In this document: piece after piece, positions 22,601 to 34,984 of the stretch
Numbering within the stretch: the stretch's first letter is position 1
How the letters are laid out: each line of letters opens with the position of its first letter
Assembly: GCA_032718475.1 (NCBI GenBank)
Contig: JAUCBJ010008877.1
Coordinates: forward strand, 28,595-92,594
Origin: Nemertoderma westbladi
Taxonomy: Eukaryota > Animalia > Xenacoelomorpha
Length of the DNA stretch: 64,000 bases
Direction of reading: 5' to 3'
Notes under the pieces: generated by a model
Databases searched by the model: none
Seen by the model: the letters and a program-made list of their open reading frames with translations, nothing else
What the model was told of the DNA's origin: nothing
Position numbers and translations under genes: made by a program

Positions 22601-25600
22601 TAGGGAGAAAACACCGGAAAACAAGGTAAGTGAAAAACCCGTCTCTAGAAGAAAAATAACCCCAGTATGTTATACCGATGACGGCGAAAGCCAGACTTCA
22701 CAAGGAGAAGATAGCGGGAAGGACACGGATAGATCTTATTACGTGAATAAAATGCCTAAAGATCAGGTAAGTAAATTCAAGTCTCGAACAAATGACAGGA
22801 GAGAACAAGTAAGAAAAACTCCTCCCACGTCTCCCAAGAGAATTCAGGTGAGAAAGCCCGAAGAAAAGGCAAGTGTACACAATGTGACTCAGAATAAGGT
22901 AAGTAACATCAAACCAAAATGTGCGCTGTGTGACGGGACCCACTATTTGAATAGGTGTGATGAATTTCTAAAGAAATCATTAACGGAGAGACGCGAAGTC
23001 ATGTGGGATAAGCGGTTATGTTATAATTGCCTCAGACAAGGACACCAACGGCGAACCTGTTTCTCTGACATAAGGTGTGCTAAGTGTGGTGCGAAACATC
23101 ATATCTTGTTGCACGCTGAATTCGATCGAAATAGTCCGAATCAGGTAAGTGATTCCGAGCTACATGTCCAATTCAGTGATGTGAACGACACTGATCAATC
23201 TGAGATGGAAGGATTCTATACAGACGAGTTCTCTGACGAAAACGAATCCTGTTACATGATAAATACCGTAGTGTATCGAGCACTCACATATGAGAAAGAT
23301 ACAGAGAACGACTTTACTCTAACTACTTCTGAACGACAACCACCTTGGAAAGAGACATCCTCCAATGTAGGGATCCGAGAGTTTCCTGTGGTGCAGGTAA
23401 GGGTTCACGGACCTAAGAGGAGTTATGTAGTGAACGCCCTCCTGGACTCCGGCAGCACAGGAACATTCATCGATAAAGAGTTAGCCGAAGATATATTTGC
23501 TGGACAACCCAAGTTCCAAACTAAGCTCAACATGTCAGGCATTATGCAAGTTTGGAAATCCACAATAACAGCTGATTATTATGTCGGAGCGTTGTCCACC
23601 CCCCAGGACGAACTAGGAGAACACAGCATAAGGTCAGTGAAAATGGTGGCTATAAAGAACTTCGCTACTACTCAAGCAGACCTTTATAATTGGGACGAGG
23701 ATGAGAGCATCCAACATCTTAACATACCTCGATTTCAGACTGATTATCCTGGAGTGCAAATACTCATCGGCCAAAACGCGCATGAGGCGCTGGAGACGTT
23801 AGAGAAACGGCCTGCTCAACCGCAGCCCCTGCAGACCTATGCGGTAAGAACTAGAGTAGGTTGGTACTTTACTGGCCCTTCCCGTAGAACACTCAGAGAA
23901 AGACTACCGCCAGAGAGAGTCTACAAGGTGAGTGAATGGGAAGATGATGCTAGTGAGGGAGACGATTCAACTGAGGGAATTCCATACTCCTCAGATAACG
24001 ACGATGTTCACCAGCTTTTTGATGAGGAGAATACCATCGATCTCCTTAAGGAAAACGAGGCTTGGCAAAATCAAGTTAACTTATGTCAACTTCTCTATCC
24101 ATCTGAACGAGAAGCTTATAACGACGAGTTAAATGACGTCATTGAGCGTCATAATGCCAAGATTAGGGATGAACATGCTGTACGATTCTTTACGCAAGAG
24201 GCGGTAGAGCCCAATTCCTACGATAAAGCCTTGTCGGTGGAAGAGGAAAGGGCCAAGCAGATCCAAGAGACAACTACATGTTTCCTCAAAGATCAAGGTA
24301 GGTATGAAGTCGGTTTACCTTTCCGCAAGAAAGAACCGAAGTTCATCAATAACAGACCTTTGGCGGAAAAAAGAATCGCGCAACTCCATCGACGCCTTAC
24401 GGCTAATTCTTCAGCGAAAGCCATGTATCAAACACAGCTAGAAAAATTTATTAATAAGGGATACGCGGAGAGAGTACCGGAAGAAACACCTGTGACTGAA
24501 AGAACGTATTATTTAACTCACCATTACGTTCCTAAACCCGGTAAACCCAATGAAGTGAGAGTAGTGTTTGATGGCTCCGCTCTTTACATGGGTCAATCCC
24601 TTAACTCTGAATTGTTACCCGGACCCAACTTACTTCAATCTTTGTTGGGAATTCTTTTAAGATTGAGACAATATTCGATTGCTTTCGCCTCCGATATAGA
24701 AGGTATGTTCTTGCAAGTCAAAGTGTTGGATAGGGATCGAGATAGCTTACGATTTCTATGGTGGCCCGAAGGAGACCTCAACCAGAAACCGGTGGAGTAC
24801 TGGATGACCATCCAGGCCTTTGGGATAATCTCAAGCCCTTCCAACGCCTGTTCGGTAGTGCGTACTACTGCAGAGGACAACCGAGAGGCATTCTCTAAGG
24901 AAGTGATCGACAACATCAAGAAAGATATATACATGGACGACAATCTGAAGTCCCTCCCATCAGTTGAGGAAGCCATTGAGGTCGCTAAGGGAACGGTAGA
25001 GTGCTTAAAAAGAGGTGGATTTCGATTAACCAAATTCACCAGCAACTCCCGTGAGTTTCTGGAGTCGATCCCTGCGGAAGATCGCGGAGCGAAAGATCTT
25101 GATTTGATCAAAGATGATCTGCCAGAAACCAAGACACTCGGCTTGAAATGGGACACAGAGAGAGATATCCTGTTTTTCCAACTAAAACAGCGAGATAATC
25201 CTGTTCGAACCAAACGGATTTGCTTAAGTATACTGAGCACTTATTTCGATCCATTGGGATTTATTAGCCCAGTTATATTGATTGCTCGAAGTTTGGTACA
25301 ACAAATGTGGCTTGAAAACCACTCATGGGACGATCCACTTAAGGGGGAATTACTGAAGCAGTGGATGAAATGGGAAGATTCTCTACCGGCTATCGAGGAG
25401 TTTATAATTTCCCGTTCATATTTTGGTCATGTTCTCCCTACGTATTCCTATCAACTCCATGTGTTTGGAGACGCCAGCGATATGGGAATCGGTATAGTAG
25501 CCTACCTAAGAGTGGAAACTCCGGATGGAATCAAAGTCGCCTTGGTTACTTCTAAGGCATTAATCAACAACAAGTTGAAAGTTCCTCGAGCGGAGTTAAA

Positions 25601-27815
25601 GGCGGCTCTATACGCTACAGGCATCGGCTGGAATGTAACCGAACAGATTGACTATCCATTAGAGAAAACTGTCTATTGGACCGACGCTTTACTCGTGTTA
25701 GAGTATATAACCAATGAAGTCTGTCAGTTCAGCGTCTTCGTTACCAACAGAGTAGCCATCATACTTAGTCGCACGACGATGGACCAATGGAGACATTGCC
25801 CCGGAACGATTAATCCAGCAGACATCGCGTCCCGAGGAGCGACTCCAAAGGAATTGGTAAATACTCCTGAATGGTTAGGTGGACCCGACTTTCTCTACCG
25901 AGAAGAAGAAGAATGGCCACCCCATCTCACAACAGCAGAGATCAGACAAGCCAAGGGAGCGGAGAAAGTTAAACCCAAAACTCGAGCGAGTAAATCGAAG
26001 TTGTTTAAACCTGCGGTTGATCTATCTGTATTATTTACTTCCGGAGATGATGCTTTGGATCAGAAACCCACCGCCACGACCCCAGAAGTCTTGGAAATCC
26101 GTGACAAGGATTGGAAATCTGGAATACCAGATATCTCGCAAGGACTCTCACCTCTCTTGCAGAGAGCGATACGTCACTACAGTTCCTGGAATCGGCTCTG
26201 TAAAGCTGTTACCTATTTGAAACGATGTTTTCATCATCGTTACTCCGGAACAAAGACCAATAGTGATGATGCTCCATCAACATCTGCACGAGTCCATGTT
26301 ATTAAAGATCTTCCTCAATACAAGATACCCGACAGGTTTCTAAAAGAAAAGATCAGTTACCAGGAGCATGATGAAACCAACAAACAAATGCTGAGACTCC
26401 TACAATGCTATGAGGATTCCGATAAGTATTTCCTGTTGTTAAGAAATCCGCAGATGCGCTTAAGGGATCGCTTCTCTAGTACCATGATAGATGGGTTAAT
26501 ACGTGTTGGAGGTAGATTAACAAACGCCCCATTATCCTTTGACACTAAGTTTCCCATACTTATTAGAAATCTTGACATACAAATCAAGATAATTGTAGAT
26601 GTTCATAGCAAACTGTACCATGCGGGTAGAGAACGAGTTCTGAGCGAAATTCGAACTCGCTACTATTTTTATAAACCCCGTAGGGCTCTGAACCAAGTTC
26701 TTAGGAACTGCATACCCTGTAGGAAAGCATTCAGTAGGCCTTTGACACAGCGAGAGGCAGAATTACCTAGGGAAAGAGTAAGCTTCTATGAACCACCCTT
26801 TACTAATACCGGTGTGGATTTATTTGGCCCTATTGAAGTATATCGTGCCCGGACTATAGTCAAGAGATGGTGTGTCATCTTCATTTGTATGACTTGTAGA
26901 GCTATCCATCTCGATATGGTAAACGATCTATCCACCAACAGCTTCGTGTTGAGTTTACGACGACAGATCGCTCGCTTCGGAACCAGTAACACGATGAGAT
27001 CGGATAAGGGAACGAACTTCATTGGCGCCAACAACGAAATTCAAGCTTACGTAAAGGACTGGAATAAAAGACAGGTGGACGATCAGCTAAGGATAACAGC
27101 GTCTAGCTGGACCTTCAACGCCGCCGACGCCCCTTGGTGGGGAGGAAGTTGGGAGAGATTGATTAGGAGCGTGAAGACTGCGTTCCACTTTATTGTGCCT
27201 TGTCGCGCTTATCTCACCGACGAACTATTGCGGACGTTAATGGAGGAAATCGCCGCCTATCTCAACGAAAGACCGCTTATGCCAGTCTCTTCAAATCCTG
27301 ATTCCCTGGAAGCGCTAACACCCGCGCACTTTCTACTGAAGAAACCCGTAGCCATGCTCCCGCAATCGGAGATCACAGACGGAGACGAGTACTGCCGTCG
27401 AACCTGGCAACTTATGCAGTTGCTATCCCGTCGTTTCGCTGACCATTTTGAGAAACATTACCTGCCCACTCTACAACTTCGAACTAAGTGGTTTGCGCAG
27501 CAAGAAAACGTCAGCGCTGGAGACATGGTGCTTATTGTGGACCCCGATCTCCCACGTAAGCGATGGCAAACAGGACGTATCATCGAGACTTATATCTCGA
27601 GCGATGGTTTGGTGCGATCAGTAGAGCTCGTCGTCATGCGGCGGAACTTTAAGAAACCAGGGATAGTCTTTGAGACTCAACAGCTCAATCGCCCAGTGGG
27701 TCGTTTATGTTTACTGGAAAGAGACAGAGAGCTCTCCGGAAACTATGGAAGGCAAGAAACTCTTCCCACGACCACTTCCCTAATACAACCGACATCTAGG
27801 GACTCCCCAACTTAA
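19617..27815 (+). CDS. BEL/Pao gag-pol polyprotein (about 2730 codons) with one in-frame TGA at 20313-20315
   Basis: ORFs 19617-20315 and 20382-27815 are in frame, and copy 2 has CGA at the stop. DUF1759-like KFNGDEMKW; triple knuckle CALC..H..C / CYNC..GH..C / CAKC..HH..LH; protease ALLDSGS; RT IYMDD; RNase H LHVFGDAS, PRAELKAA; IN GVDLFGP, SDKGTNF, GGSWER. Confidence 0.95.
20790..21020 (+). repeat. Coding minisatellite (45-bp unit) encoding AAAETERKAALA(M/I)AE repeats in gag
   Basis: gcagcggcagaaaccgaaagaaaagcggcactggcaat repeated about 4-5 times. Confidence 0.9.
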
Positions 27816-29306
27816 TATCGTTCGGAGTGGGCGTGTGACTCTATTATTTTATATTATTTTATTATTTTTACATTTATGTATGTATTACTATGTAATTTTA
27901 TTATAATCGTTTTATTTAATTTAGTAGAATATTATTTAGCGATTATTTTGTAGAATAGTGCAATATATTCGTGTTTATTACGTACGTAATTACTTATATT
28001 ATATTTAATGAGACGGCGAAGAAATAATTATTTTCTCTTTCCTTACTGTCCGTGTTATATTATAAATACGTAACTACAGTAAGATGAAATGTCCGTACTT
28101 ATTAAAGTACAATAAAGCCACTACTATATTTTAGTATTATTGGTAGGCAGAGTATTAGGAATGCAAAGTTCAGATCCTCGTGTCTCGGCTAAACCAAGCT
28201 CTGGGTAGACCTTGGAAACGACTTGCCTCTTCACACTGACATTGCTTCGTGCGATATTGCTCTCATACCGTTAACGTCCCCAGACAAGTTCTGGAATAAA
28301 TCGGTGCCCATCTCAAATATTAATTAGTTAATATTTACAAATCAAATAAGTCAAAATCTGTAAAATTCAGATCCTTCAACAATTCTAGTCAATTAAGATA
28401 TCGTAGCATTTACCGATATTCTTAAAGAGACAATTTTCTTAGAATTAAGGATCTTGTGTCCCTAGACATGTTCTAGAATCCAAATATGCCCATTTAATTA
28501 TCAAATAATAAAATTTCAGGGAATAAATTTAAATTCATGTCTTTTAATGAATTTAATAAATTGCTATTTTACGCGATTTATAACATTCCCAAAAATTCCA
28601 TTAATTAATAGATCAAGGGAGTGGAGATTTATATTATTATGCGTATGCGTGTACGAAAGTCTCCCAAATATAGTTAATAGCCGATAAAATTCGTAAAGTC
28701 ATGTATAAACAGGACATTGACTATTAAAGAATCCCTATTAAATAACATCCCAGATCTGTATGCATTGGAATTACTCTAATTCTACCGCTAGCTTTGCATA
28801 ATGTCACCATAGCAACAACCACGCTAGAATTAGAATTGAGTTAAACAAACAATAGAAAGCTTGTCCCATTGAATAACATAGGGAATAAATAGCGCACTAC
28901 TAGTATCCAAGGATACATAATAATACAGTGACATTCTGGAAAGCATTGACTAACGGACAAATGGCCCGAATGTGTGTAGTTGTGACCAGTTGTGTGGTAT
29001 TTGTGAGTTTATAGGTGAATGTTACTGCTAAAGTGTGTTTACAGTAGCTAGTCGCAATCGTAAAATAACCTAACTCTCCAAGGAATACCTGAAGTACATC
29101 TAAGCCTTTGGGACGGACAGTGGAGTGACTTGTGTCGGTTATCGTTGTAGTTGTACGGCTACGTCGTTGGCGAAAGTACAGCTACAGCGGTACATTGGCG
29201 CTGAGAATCTCTTACTGTCCGGGGGCAAGGGAGAAATAGGCAGCGACGCCCGCTCGCCTAACGATATATAAACTCATTATAATATTGGTGAACTTGTATA
29301 GCAGAT

Positions 29307-29705
29307 ATGACTGAATTAATAGAAGATGATCTTGGTATCAGGGAGAGATATACTCTACCTTTACAAGCGTTTGTCGATAGCTTGATACGCGGCGACGCTG
29401 ATCCAACTATTACGGAGGACGATGGTCGTTATATCGAACCGCCAATGTCCCAGGAGCAACTTACGCGTGAATTGGATTATAGGAAGTTCACTGCTCGCTA
29501 CACGCATCGTAATGGTACGTATATGGACTTCTTGACCACTGGTCATCCTATTGATTTACACGACACCGACGACGTAGACACCGAAAGGGAAATGGTTTTG
29601 TTTAAATATCATGCCCAGCGGAGTCGAAACGATAAATCGAGAATGGAACACGAGAACTCTATTCGAAATCAGCTCGAAAGAAAGAACGTGGAAGAAGGCT
29701 TGTAA
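29307..29705 (+). CDS. Small accessory ORF (132 aa) of the BEL/Pao 3' region, function unknown
   Basis: Homologues start at the same ATG on the minus strand at 41432 and 37492, with synonymous differences (ACT/ACG, GAA/GAG, TTA/TTG). Confidence 0.65.
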   Translation: MTELIEDDLGIRERYTLPLQAFVDSLIRGDADPTITEDDGRYIEPPMSQEQLTRELDYRKFTARYTHRNGTYMDFLTTGHPIDLHDTDDVDTEREMVLFKYHAQRSRNDKSRMEHENSIRNQLERKNVEEGL

Positions 29706-30537
29706 AAACAAATATAGGCGAACCACTGGAGAAGAGACATATGTTAATGTCCAGGGTCCATAATGTGAATAGTTTTCCCCGGGGCACGGGTGCTCGCGGG
29801 CGGTCTCCTTCGGGAGGCTGTAAATTTCTCTTCCTTCATCGTTTTCCTGTAATTGTTGTGATCAGTGTCACAATTAAAAGACAAGAATGAATGATGACGT
29901 GATGGAAAACTTGTCCATTGTGGTGTCTTATGGATACTACCCTATATCTTCCTCCTCTTTACTCCCTTCATCGATCGACCAATCATAGTGGTATCGTGGT
30001 ATGGATCATACCTCATCCTAATAAATCTCCTCACCTTCTCTTCCCAACGCGCTCGGAGCTTCGGGAAACGAATACTAAACCTCCCAGCCCTTACTGTTCA
30101 TCTGGATGCTAATATTGGTGTCCGCACCTCCTGTCCATGTCATATTCTGTTGATATTTATGATATCAACTTCCACCCTCTCGTTCTTGATTAGGTAATCA
30201 AACACTTCCTAATTTCCTCAAGTCCACAACCGTGAAACAAGGACTGAAAGGACAAGCGGATAGTTTGTGAACAACTGGTACCATTATGTGTCATAAATCT
30301 GGTTGTTCACCTCCCTTAATGATTGGGGATATAAATCTTATGTAGAACAACTGAGGCAAACATATCTTTGAGCTGATGTTTACCTCATCACACTGGGGAT
30401 AAATTCGGTTGGGGATAGTACTCGAATGTTACAATCCTCCTACTGAGATCTTATTTCTGAATATTTCAGAATGCGAAATAGTTTTTCCTCTGCTCTACCA
30501 TCGCTGTCGGAGAACATATTAGGCATACAATGGGAAC

Positions 30538-32313
30538 ATGGAGAACATTCCATACCCTTTCGTTGATACTCAGCTGATTGCTCCTTGGGCCGAAGGCCGA
30601 GGTTTCTTTCGCACTATGTATGCCAATACACCCAGCGGTATTACTAAAGTACAACGGACATCCATCGGACATCTTGCTTTTCAAGAATATGGTTGTAATT
30701 TCAAAGTTGGAAATCCTATAAATTACCAGCAAGTATATGGAGATCATTACTCTCGTTTATATTTTGATGGACCATTAACTGCGCCTGGTGCCGTATATAG
30801 CTTTATGAGTGTTCCCCTTCGCCCTTCCTTAGCTATATACACGATCTTTGAAAACGCAGCACTTGCCGGTTGGCTAGCCGATGTGTGCAGTCGTACCATA
30901 CGCGCTCACCCGTTAATACTTGGAACTAAACTCGCCAAGTTAGACGAACACAATAAGTTCATACGTTTCGAATGTTTCCGGCGCTTTCTGACTCCGTTCC
31001 GTAACGTCGATAGTCAGTTCAAAGATCGCGCGCTGACCAAGCTCAGTCTTAGAGACTCAGCTGCGGAGAAACTGAGTAGCGCTGGATTTGCCGTGTTTCA
31101 AGACGTTTGTATACAGAACTCACATTCATCTGTTATACAAAGACCCCGAATACCTACAGGTTATTCTGTCGTGGAAATACAGACAGTGGGTCCACTTACG
31201 GAAACCGACGCACCCACTTCGTCTATGCAGCTGGAGGATGAACCAGTATGCTTGGAATCTGAAGCGATTCAACCTACGGCTTCTCGGAGCAGTGACAATG
31301 ATTATGTCATAGAGTGGTATCAAGGTCCACAGCGTCTCACAGCGTACGATTATCGACACGCCAACTACGTTTCCCGAAAACGTTGTCGATTATGCGCATC
31401 GAGAGACCACTTCACTCCTCTCGACTCGAGCGTACCTTGTTCCTATTTCCTCGAACAACCGATGATGGAAATATATTGTGCTTATTGCCGGCTTAATAAC
31501 TCTCATATATTTGCCGTCTGCCCACAATTTATGACTCAATGTCACTACTGCCAACTTAAAGGACACGAAAGTTACAACTGTCCCTTTAATCGCGATTTAG
31601 AGAGCGTAGACGAGATGATCACCCTGCGATACATCCGAGCTTGGGAAGCGAACGCCGATTTACATTGCGAATCCCGACATCGCTATTACCCTGGACGAGC
31701 TTACGAGGGAGTTTACGCGTTCCATCCTTATCTATTCGCGTCGATTGAACAGAAAACACGCGTACCAAGTTATGAGTTAATGAAGCGTGTTGGTGAGTGT
31801 ATTTCCACCAAGTTTGTCAGGAAATACATGAGAAACGTTAATCCTAATGATATCACCACATATCATCTGATCAATTATATCCGTCAGGACCCTGAGTATG
31901 GCGACATTTTCGTGAACTCGCATCCTGAACTCCAGGAAGTATCTCGACGCCCATATGAATATCGAACCAGAGAACGCGAGCTGGAGAGAACCATTAAACC
32001 GAGAAAGTTCCTCACCACTCACGGCCCACCCACCGCTAGTGTCCAGACGACCCGTCAAGGACCCGTAGGAGCTGCTGTCCTGAGACGCGCTCTAAAGGCC
32101 GTTAGACCTCACTCCACTGAGGTTGATATTAATCAACCAGGTACCTCGACCGGCGGGTATACCGATCGTAACCCTGCACCTTCTGATGCAATTATATTGC
32201 ACCCTTCGCCTAGGAGCTACAGCCCACCTCGTAAAGTGGCTCGCCCCAAAGAGAAAAGGACTCTTGCTAGCCTCAAGAAACTGCGTAAACGCCGTCCGCG
32301 CAAGAAAGACTAA
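30538..32313 (+). CDS. Accessory 591-aa ORF in the env position: three CxxC..H..C knuckle-like motifs and a basic C-terminus
   Basis: Uninterrupted 1.8-kb ORF ending 78 bp before the 3' LTR; CRLCASRDH..C, CAYCRLNNSHIFAVC, CHYCQLKGHESYNC; tail KKLRKRRPRKKD; no evident signal peptide or transmembrane anchor. Confidence 0.8.
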   Translation: MENIPYPFVDTQLIAPWAEGRGFFRTMYANTPSGITKVQRTSIGHLAFQEYGCNFKVGNPINYQQVYGDHYSRLYFDGPLTAPGAVYSFMSVPLRPSLAIYTIFENAALAGWLADVCSRTIRAHPLILGTKLAKLDEHNKFIRFECFRRFLTPFRNVDSQFKDRALTKLSLRDSAAEKLSSAGFAVFQDVCIQNSHSSVIQRPRIPTGYSVVEIQTVGPLTETDAPTSSMQLEDEPVCLESEAIQPTASRSSDNDYVIEWYQGPQRLTAYDYRHANYVSRKRCRLCASRDHFTPLDSSVPCSYFLEQPMMEIYCAYCRLNNSHIFAVCPQFMTQCHYCQLKGHESYNCPFNRDLESVDEMITLRYIRAWEANADLHCESRHRYYPGRAYEGVYAFHPYLFASIEQKTRVPSYELMKRVGECISTKFVRKYMRNVNPNDITTYHLINYIRQDPEYGDIFVNSHPELQEVSRRPYEYRTRERELERTIKPRKFLTTHGPPTASVQTTRQGPVGAAVLRRALKAVRPHSTEVDINQPGTSTGGYTDRNPAPSDAIILHPSPRSYSPPRKVARPKEKRTLASLKKLRKRRPRKKD

Positions 32314-32391
32314 CTGTTTAGAGTATCTTTATGTTTTAGAAACTGTGATTTTTATATTTTATAGACTGAAAATCCCATTTTCTGGGAGCGG

Positions 32392-33593
32392 TGTAAAAGC
32401 TTTTACTGAATTGTCCGGTTATTTTTCCGTATTTTTCCCGTAAAGTACTCTGTAGTTGATTTACCAGGCATAAAAAGGCCGTGTCCTTGCTGTACTGGTG
32501 TTTTAGCGGACATAAGAGCTATTTCTTCTGTATTTGTACTTTAGAGGACATAATCCGTAATTCCGTGACGTAAAAGCTCTATACTCTTGAAAACAGTGTC
32601 GCTACCATGACGACAGCTAGCAGCTGATATTGCCACGTCGACGTTTCTTTGTTTCTCTGTTCTCTCGTTGTTCAGGTTGACCAATCAGAGCGTTTGTTGT
32701 CTTTGTGTTGGAGGTATATACAGAAACTCAGTAGTTCAGTGTTATGTTTTTGCCCAGAGCCTAAGAACCGGCTTTGCACCTCCGTTTTTCAGTTTTTAGT
32801 CTTACACTAGTAGGTTTAATTATAAAGGGCATATATCCTTTAACTCATGGAATCACTGCTAACTGATCATACATACTGACTGCTGAAACATTGCAAACTC
32901 ATAACAATCAGTGTTCAGTTGTTGTTTTATACTGCTATTTACTGTCAGTTCTTCATAATATGGTTGATGAATTATTATATTTGGAATAACGATAAATAAC
33001 CCCGAAACCCAATATTCTTGATATACTGAAGGTAAGAGAGAAAGGTTACCAGTAACGATTGTGACTTATGTTAAAGTGGTTTGAATTGAATCTAATGTTA
33101 TTTGATAGACCCTACATGAGTCAGTCTGTGTTCCTTTTATATGTGACTAAAATCAGTGAAGATCGGCAGATTAGTGTGCAGTATTGTGCAGCATTGTGTA
33201 TGAGTGAGTCTGTTAAAGAAGCATTCCTAAAGAATGCGCCATATATGTGAATTATAATTAAGCCATATCGTTGTGAGTAGTTTAAGCCATAACTCTGTTT
33301 ATATAGATAAAGCGCCACGTCCTAAAGGAACTGTTAATATTCCCGAAGATAAATAATATTGTCAGAGATTATATAATACTGTCAGTCGAATAATACATTA
33401 GGCTTACATAGCAACAAAATTAAACCGTCGAACCCAATCTCCCGGGAATATCCAGCGGGTGAATGGTCGCGCACGGATTGGTTTCGACTAGTGTAGTGAA
33501 TCAAATACTTGTCATAGGCTAAAAAGCGATTTAATATTTAGAAGACATCTTAATTTGGCGGGTTAAACTGCCAAAGGTCTAAAAGCGCGAACA
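32392..33593 (+). repeat. 3' LTR of BEL/Pao copy 1 (1202 bp)
   Basis: Direct repeat of 16218-17422. Confidence 0.96.
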
Positions 33594-33609
33594 GGCATAC
33601 CGCGGTAAA

Positions 33610-33925
33610 ACGAACTTAGATCCTGCAAGGCCTGACTTTGATGAACTTAGATCTTTCCGAACTTAGGTCCTATGTATGCGAACGTAGATCCTATCTGGGT
33701 GAACTTAGATCCTACCTAGGTGAACTTAGATCCCACCTAGGTGAACTTAGATCCTAACTAGATGAACTTAGATCCCAGTTTATGCTATTAAAAGCTTTTG
33801 GTAATCATCAAGCTAATCGCGAAGCGAAATTAGATCCCACGTTAAAGCAAAGCGAACTTAGTTAGATCTTAGGTGAACTTAGATCCCAATTTATACAAAT
33901 AGAGAAGAAGCGAACTTAGATCCCA
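33610..33925. repeat. Minisatellite with core GAACTTAGATCC (about 22 bp unit)
   Basis: About 12 copies of gaacttagatc(c). Confidence 0.85.
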
Positions 33926-34119
33926 TGTGTACTGTACGCTTAAAGTACAGTAGTTGCGTTCCCGACTGACTCACCAACCAACTACAATTTGCCAATTTAA
34001 AGCTAAATTCGTTGCAATGTATTATTGTGGCTAAGTTCGCTTCCCTTGAAGCGCGTGATAATATTTACAGTAAGGTCTGCGGCTAGCCTATGGGAATGAC
34101 ATTTCACTTCTAAGCTGAT

Positions 34120-34702
34120 TTGTTAACTAGTCTGGGACTTCAAGTAGCACGTGAACAACTATGCTGACTGGTTAACTGGTCTAGGTCTTCAAGCAGCACG
34201 TGAACAAATAAACTGGCTGGTTACCTAGTCTGGGACTTCGAGCAGCAGGTGAACAACTAAACCAGCACTTTAACTAGTCTGGGGCTTCGAGCAGCACGTG
34301 AACAACTAAACTGACTGGTTAACTAGTCTGGGACTTCCAGTAGCACGTGAACAACTAAGCTGACTGGTTAACAAGTCTGGGACTTCGAGCAGCACTTGAA
34401 CAACTAAGCTGACTGGTTAACAAGTCTGGGACTTCGAGAAAAATTGCAAATTGAGGAGGGGGGCGATGTACCAGACTAGTTAACCAGACATGTACACTAG
34501 TTAACCAGTCAGCTTAGTTGTTCACGTGCTACTCGAAGTCCCAGACTAGTTGACCACTCAGCTTAGTTGTTCACGTGCTGTTCGAATTCCCAGACTTGTT
34601 AACCAGTCAGCTTAATTGTTCACGTGCTACTCGAAGTCCCAGACTAGTTGACCACTCCGCTTAGTTTTTTACGTGCCGCTCGAAGCCCCAGACTAGTTAA
34701 CC
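34120..34702. repeat. 44-bp tandem array that switches orientation (foldback)
   Basis: aactagtctgggacttcgagcagcacgtgaacaactaagctgactggtt about 7 times forward (34120-34438), then about 5 times in reverse complement (34471-34702). Confidence 0.9.
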
Positions 34703-34984
34703 TTCTATCTCCCAGTGTTCCCAATTGGGAGCATTTTTATAAATTCAAGTGGAGGAAATTTAATATAGGCTTATATTACTTTTTTTAATGTTAATATGTT
34801 TAGGAAAAGTGGAATATTGTTTTTTATTTTCAACTTGAAGTGTTTTCAAACTTCAAGTTGGTCTTTTGGCAGGTCAATTTTGCCATTCTCATTTTTTTCG
34901 ATTTTTGGGACATGCAAACAATAGTGGTCAAAAACGTTACAAATTTGATATTCCAAACCAGTGGCGACATTAAAATTAGACTTT

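Larger units (their letters stand above)
16218..33593 (+). mobile_element. Complete 17.4-kb BEL/Pao LTR retrotransposon (copy 1)
   Basis: LTRs 16218-17422 and 32392-33593 (TGTAAAAG...GCGAACA) differ only by small indels on inspection; 5-bp TSD GGCAT (16213-16217, 33594-33598); PPT GGGAGCGG at 32384-32391. Confidence 0.97.

Noticed and set aside
29900-30537. Upstream extension of the 591-aa ORF
   Set aside because: In-frame stops occur at about the random frequency; no support without splicing data.
33610-33925. Short repeats with variable spacers resembling CRISPR
   Set aside because: 12-bp core with related spacers of about 10 bp; a degenerate minisatellite.
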